Shown here: positions 57,461 through 64,000 of the stretch, in pieces | Layout: each line of letters starts with the position of its first letter | Position numbering within the stretch: position 1 is the first letter of the stretch | Assembly (NCBI RefSeq): GCF_009914755.1 | Contig: NC_060939.1 | DNA length: 64,000 nucleotides | Direction: 5' to 3' (one strand) | DNA from: the human T2T-CHM13v2.0 reference genome, Homo sapiens | Position numbers and translations under genes: made by a program | Notes under the pieces: generated by a model | What the model saw: only the letters and a program-made list of their open reading frames with translations | Told to the model about the DNA's origin: nothing | Databases searched by the model: none

Positions 57461-60400
57461 CATTCGAGTCCGTTCCATTCCAGTCCAATCCATTCGAGTC
57501 AATTCCATCCCATTCGATGTCTTTCCATAACGATCCATTCCATTCTATTCCTTTCGATTCCATTCCATTCTATTTCATTCCATTCGATTCCCTTCCATTG
57601 GACTCCTTTCCATTCGAGTGCATTCCATTCCGTTCCATTTCTTTCCGTTCTGTACGATTCCTACCGTTCGATTTCATTTTGTTCCAGTCCATTCCTTTCG
57701 CGTCCATTCCATTCCATTTCACTCCATTCGATTCCATTCCACTCGATTCCACTTCGTTCCATTTCATTGCATTCCATTCTATTCAACTCTATTGCCTTCC
57801 ATTCCATTCCATTCGATTACATTCCATGCGATTCCATTCGAAATCGAATCAATTACATTGCAATCCATTACTATTGAGTCCATTTTATTCCAGTCCACTG
57901 CATTCTGGTCCATTCCATTTGATTCCATTCCATTTTATTCCATTCCATACAGTTGCATTCCATTGGATTCCATACTATATCTATAAATTCAATTCGAGAC
58001 CATTGCTTTTGAGTCCATTCTATATGTTTCCATTCCATTCAAGTCCATTACATTTGGTTCAATTCCATTCCATTCCATTCCCTTCCATTCCATTCCAGTT
58101 GATATGAATCCATTCGATTCCATTCCATTCGAGCACATTCCATTCGAGTCCATTCCATTCGATGCCATTCCATTTGATTCTATTCCATTAGTCTCCATTC
58201 AATTCCATTAATCTCCATTCCATTCCATTCTAATCCAACTGATTCCATTCCATTCTATTCCTTTCCATTCCATTTCATTCCATTCCATTCCATTTCATTC
58301 CATTCCATTCCATTCGCTTCCATTCCATTCGTGTCCATTCCACTCCAGTCCATTCCATTTGTGTCCACTGCATTCCATTCCACTCCATTCCATATTATTC
58401 CATTACACTCCATTCCATTCTATTACTTTCATTTCCATTCAATTCCATTCCATTTGATTCCATTCCACTCGGTTTCATTCCATTTGAGTCCACTCCATTC
58501 CATTCCATTCCATTCCATTCAGATCCATTCCATTCCGTTCCATTGCATTCCATTCCATTCGGTACCATTCCATATTGTTCCATTCGATTCCATTCGAATC
58601 CATTCCATTCCAGTCCATTCCATTCGATTCCATTCCATTCCTTTCAATTCCATTCCATTCCATTCCATTCCACTTGATTCCACTCCATTCCCTTCCACTG
58701 CATTCCATTCGATTCCATTCCATTGCATTGCATTCCATTCCATTGGACTGCATTCCATTCGATTCCATTCCATTCGAATCAATTACATAGCAATCCATTA
58801 CATTCGAGTCTATTCTATTCCGTTCCATTCGATTTCGTTCCAATCCATTCGATTCCATTCCATTCGATTCCATTCCATACTATTGCATTCCATTCTATTA
58901 CATTATATTCGAATAATTTCCATTCAAGACCATTTCTTTTGAGTCCATTCTATTTGAGTCCATTCCCTTTGATTCCATAACATTTGAGTCCATTCAATTC
59001 CATTCCGTTCGTTTCCATTCCATTTGATGCCATTCCATTCAATTCTGTTCTACTCGACTCCAATACATTCAATTCCATTCCATCCGATTCCATTACATTC
59101 TTTTCATTTCTTATCCATTTCAAGCCATTCCACTCCATTCCATTCCACTCGTTTCCTTTCCATTCGAGTCCATTCCTCTCCAGTCCATTCCGTTCAATCC
59201 ATTCCATTCCAGTCCATTCCATTCGAGTCCGTTCCATTCCAGTCCATTCCATTCGAGTCAATTCCATTCCATTCGATGTCTTTCCATAACGATCCATTCC
59301 ATTCTATTCCTTTCGATTCCATTCCATTCTATTTCATTCCATTCGATTCCCTTCCATTGGACTCCTTTCCATTCGAGTGCATTCCATTCCGTTCCATTTC
59401 TTTCCGTTCTGTACGATTCCTACCGTTCGATTTCATTTTGTTCCAGTCCATTCCTTTCGCGTCCATTCCATTCCATTTCACTCCATTCGATTCCATTCCA
59501 CTCGATTCCACTTCGTTCCATTTCATTGCATTCCATTCTATTCAACTCTATTGCCTTCCATTCCATTCCATTCGATTACATTCCATGCGATTCCATTCGA
59601 AATCGAATCAATTACATTGCAATCCATTACTATTGAGTCCGTTTTATTCCAGTCCACTGCATTCTGGTCCATTCCATTTGATTCCATTCCATTCTATTCC
59701 ATTCCATACAGTTGCATTCCATTGGATTCCATGCTATATCTATAAATTCAATTCGAGACCATTGCTTTTGAGTCCATTCTATATGATTCCATTCCATTCA
59801 AGTCCATTACATTTGGTTCAATTCCATTCCATTCCATTCCCTTCCATTCCATTCCAGTTGATATCAATCCATTCGATTCAATTCCATTCGAGCACATTCC
59901 ATTCGAGTCCATTCCATTCGATGCCATTCCATTTGATTCTATTCCATTAGTCTCCATTCAATTCCATTAATCTCCATTCCATTCCATTCTACTCCAACTG
60001 ATTCCATTCCATTCTATTCCTTTCCATTCCATTTCATTCCATTCCATTCCATTTCATTCCATTCCATTCCATTCGCTTCCATTCCATTCGTGTGCATTCC
60101 ACTCCAGTCCATTCCATTCGTGTCCATTCCATTCCAGTCCATTCCATTTGTGTCCACTGCATTCCATTCCACTCCATTCCATATTATTCCATTACACTCC
60201 ATTCCAATCTATTACTTTCATTTCTATTCAATTCCATTCCATTTGATTCCATTCCACTCGGTTTCATTCCATTTGAGTCCACTCCATTCCATTCCATTCC
60301 ATTCCATTCAGTTCCATTCCATTCTGTTCCATTCCATTCCGTTCCATTGCATTCCATTCCATTCGGTACCATTCCATATTGTTCCATTCGATTCCATTCG

Positions 60401-63400
60401 AATCCATTCCATTCCAGTCCATTCCATTCGATTCCATTCCATTCCTTTCAATTCCATTCCATTCCTTTCCATTCCACTTGATTCCACTCCATTCCCTTCC
60501 ACTGCATTCCATTCGATTCCATTCCATTGCATTGCATTCCATTCCATTGGACTGCATTCCATTCGATTCCATTCCATTCGAATCAATTACATAGCAATCC
60601 ATTACATTCGAGTCTATTCTATTCCGTTCCATTCGATTTCGTTCCAATCCATTCGATTCCATTCCATTCGATTCCATTCCATACTATTGCATTCCATTCT
60701 ATTACATTATATTCGAATAAGTTCCATTCAAGACCATTTCTTTTGAGTCCATTCTATTTGAGTCCATTCCCTTTGATTCCATAACATTTGAGTCCATTCA
60801 ATTCCATTCCTTTCGTTTGCATTCCATTTGATGCCATTCCATTCAATTCTGTTCTACTCGACTCCAATACATTCAATTCCATTCCATCCGATTCCATTAC
60901 ATTCTTTTCATTTCTTATCCATTTCAAGCCATTCCACTCCATTCCATTCCACTCGTTTCCTTTCCATTCGAGTCCATTCCTCTCCAGTCCATTCCGTTCA
61001 ATCCATTCCATTCCAGTCCATTCCATTCGAGTCCGTTCCATTCCAGTCCATTCCATTCGAGTCAATTCCATTCCATTCGATGTCTTTCCATAACGATCCA
61101 TTCCATTCTATTCCTTTCGATTCCATTCCATTCTATTTCATTCCATTCGATTCCCTTCCATTGGACTCCTTTCCATTCGAGTGCATTCCATTCCGTTCCA
61201 TTTCTTTCCGTTCTGTACGATTCCTACCGTTCGATTTCATTTTGTTCCAGTCCATTCCTTTCGCGTCCATTCCATTCCATTTCACTCCATTCGATTCCAT
61301 TCCACTCGATTCCACTTCGTTCCATTTCATTGCATTCCATTCTATTCAACTCTATTGCCTTCCATTCCATTCCATTCGATTACATTCCATGCGATTCCAT
61401 TCGAAATCGAATCAATTACATTGCAATCCATTACTATTGAGTCCATTTTATTCCAGTCCACTGCATTCTGGTCCATTCCATTTGATTCCATTCCATTCTA
61501 TTCCATTCCATACAGTTGCATTCCATTGGATTCCATTCTATATCTATAAATTCAATTCGAGACCATTGCTTTTGAATCCATTCCATATGATTCCATTCCA
61601 TTCAAGTCCATTACATTTGATTCAATTCCATTCCATTCCATTCCCTTCCATTCCATTCCAGTTGATATCAATCCATTCGATTCCATTCCATTCGAGCACA
61701 TTCCATTTGAGTCCATTCCATTCGATGCCATTCCATTTGATTCTATTCCATTAGTCTCCATTCAATTCCATTAATCTCCATTCCATTCCATTCTACTCCA
61801 ACTGATTCCATTCCATTCTATTCCTTTCCATTTCATTTCATTCCATTCCATTCCATTTCATTCCATTCCATTCCATTCGCTTCCATTCCATTCGTGTGCA
61901 TTCCACTCCAGTCCATTCCATTCGTGTCCATTCCATTCCAGTCCATTCCATTTGTGTCCACTGCATTCCATTCCACTCCATTCCATATTATTCCATTACA
62001 CTCCATTCCATTCTATTACTTTCATTTCCATTCAATTCCATTCCATTTGATTCCATTCCACTCGGTTTCATTCCATTTGAGTCCACTCCATTCCATTCCA
62101 TTCCATTCCATTCAGTTCCATTCCATTCTGTTCCATTCCATTCCATTCCATTGCATTCCATTCCATTCGGTACCATTCCATATTGTTCCATTCGATTCCA
62201 TTCGAATCCATTCCATTCCAGTCCATTCCATTCGATTCCATTCCATTCCTTTCCATTCCATTCCATTCCATTCCATTCCACTTGATTCCACTCCATTCCC
62301 TTCCACTGCATTCCATTCGATTCCATTCCATTGCATTGCATTCCATTCCATTGGACTGCATTCCATTCGATTCCATTCCATTCGAATCAATTACATAGCA
62401 ATCCATTACATTCGAGTCTATTCTATTCCGTTCCATTCGATTTCGTTCCAATCCATTCGATTCCATTCCATTCGATTCCATTCCATACTATTGCATTCCA
62501 TTCTATTACATTATATTCGAATAAGTTCCATTCAAGACCATTTCTTTTGAGTCCATTCTATTTGAGTCCATTCCCTTTGATTCCATAACATTTGAGTCCA
62601 TTCAATTCCATTCCTTTCGTTTGCATTCCATTTGATGCCATTCCATTCAATTCTGTTCTACTCGACTCCAATACATTCAATTCCATTCCATCCGATTCCA
62701 TTACATTCTTTTCATTTCTTATCCATTTCAAGCCATTCCACTCCATTCCATTCCACTCGTTTCCTTTCCATTCGAGTCCATTCCTCTCCAGTCCATTCCG
62801 TTCAATCCATTCCATTCCAGTCCATTCCATTCGAGTCCGTTCCATTCCAGTCCATTCCATTCGAGTCAATTCCATTCCATTCGATGTCTTTCCATAACGA
62901 TCCATTCCATTCTATTCCTTTCGATTGCATTCCATTCTATTTCATTCCATTCGATTCCCTTCCATTGGACTCCTTTCCATTCGAGTGCATTCCATTCCGT
63001 TCCATTTCTTTCCGTTCTGTACGATTCCTACCGTTCGATTTCATTTTGTTCCAGTCCATTCCTTTCGCGTCCATTCCATTCCATTTCACTCCATTCGATT
63101 CCATTCCACTCGATTCCACTTCGTTCCATTTCATTGCATTCCATTCTATTCAACTCTATTGCCTTCCATTCCATTCCATTCGATTACATTCCATGCGATT
63201 CCATTCGAAATCGAATCAATTACGTTGCAATCCATTACTATTGAGTCCATTTTATTCCAGTCCACTGCATTCTGGTCCATTCCATTTGATTCCATTCCAT
63301 TCTATTCCATTCCATACAGTTGAATTTCATTGGATTCCATTCTATATCTATAAATTCAATTCGAGACCATTGCTTTTGAATCCATTCCATATGATTCCAT

Positions 63401-64000
63401 TCCATTCAAGTCCATTACATTTGATTCAATTCCATTCCATTCCATTCCCTTCCATTCCATTCCAGTTGATATCAATCCATTCGATTCCATTCCATTCGAG
63501 CACATTCCATTTGAGTCCATTCCATTCGATGCCATTCCATTTGATTCTATTCCATTAGTCTCCATTCAATTCCATTAATCTCCATTCCATTCCATTCTAC
63601 TCCAACTGATTCCATTCCATTCTATTCCTTTCCATTCCATTTCATTCCATTCCATTCCATTTCATTCCATTCCATTCCATTCGCTTCCATTCCATTCGTG
63701 TCCATTCCACTCCAGTCCATTCCATTCGTGTCCATTCCATTCCAGTCCATTCCATTTGTGTCCACTGCGTTCCATTCCACTCCATTCCATATTATTCCAT
63801 TACACTCCATTCCATTCTATTACTTTCATTTCCATTCAATTCCATTCCATTTGATTCCATTCCACTCGGTTTCATTCCATTTGAGTCCACTCCATTCCAT
63901 TCCATTCCATTCCATTCAGTTCCATTCCATTCCATTCCATTCCATTCCGTTCCATTGCATTCCATTCCATTCGGTACCATTCCATATTGTTCCATTCGAT

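Larger units (their letters stand above)
1..64000. repeat. Human Satellite 3 (HSat3 / classical satellite III) tandem array of diverged CATTC pentamers; C-rich strand is +
   Basis: The window parses end to end into CATTC pentamers with recurrent variants (GATTC, GAGTC, CAGTC, CACTC, AATTC). Long CATTCCATTC runs dominate, rather than the CATTCGATTC/ATGATG 23-26-bp pattern of HSat2. No unique or inverted sequence is seen. Confidence 0.97.

Noticed and set aside
1-64000. CRISPR array or other prokaryotic defence or repeat system
   Set aside because: There is no repeat-unique spacer structure, no cas-like ORF and no unique sequence at all.
1-64000. Assignment to HSat2 (chr1 ~1.8-kb repeat)
   Set aside because: The period is similar, but the HSat2 hallmark ATGATG/CATCAT-containing 23-26-bp units are not seen and CATTCCATTC runs dominate.
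1-64000. Alu/L1 insertion, strand inversion, telomeric repeat or CENP-B box
   Set aside because: On reading through the window I saw no poly-A tract, no GGAAT-oriented block on the + strand, no TTAGGG run and no alpha-satellite sequence.

Overview
The whole 64-kb window is one uninterrupted, single-orientation (CATTC)n/(GAATG)n satellite array with the composition of primate/human Satellite 3 (HSat3). It consists of about 35.6 head-to-tail copies of a ~1.8-kb unit (1759-1879 bp, mostly 1789-1809). Each unit normally carries one KpnI site (GGTACC), which matches the classical 1.8-kb KpnI Satellite III family D15Z1 of chromosome 15p (HSat3A5-type). That chromosome assignment comes from recalled literature, not from an alignment. 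I see no credible gene, RNA gene, transposon insertion, CRISPR array or inversion, and the ORF track is an artefact of stop-poor pentamers. I did not find a convincing new gene system. The real information is nested repeat architecture. (1) The 1.8-kb unit contains two diverged homologous halves 965 bp apart. (2) Unit lengths are locked to 5n-1. (3) Units pair into ~3.6-kb dimers across about 3.4-35 kb. (4) Longer duplications at 8,940-bp and 12,598-bp offsets occur at 36-57 kb. (5) A chimeric unit at 51.3 kb has two KpnI sites 120 bp apart and records an out-of-register ~1,654-bp deletion.
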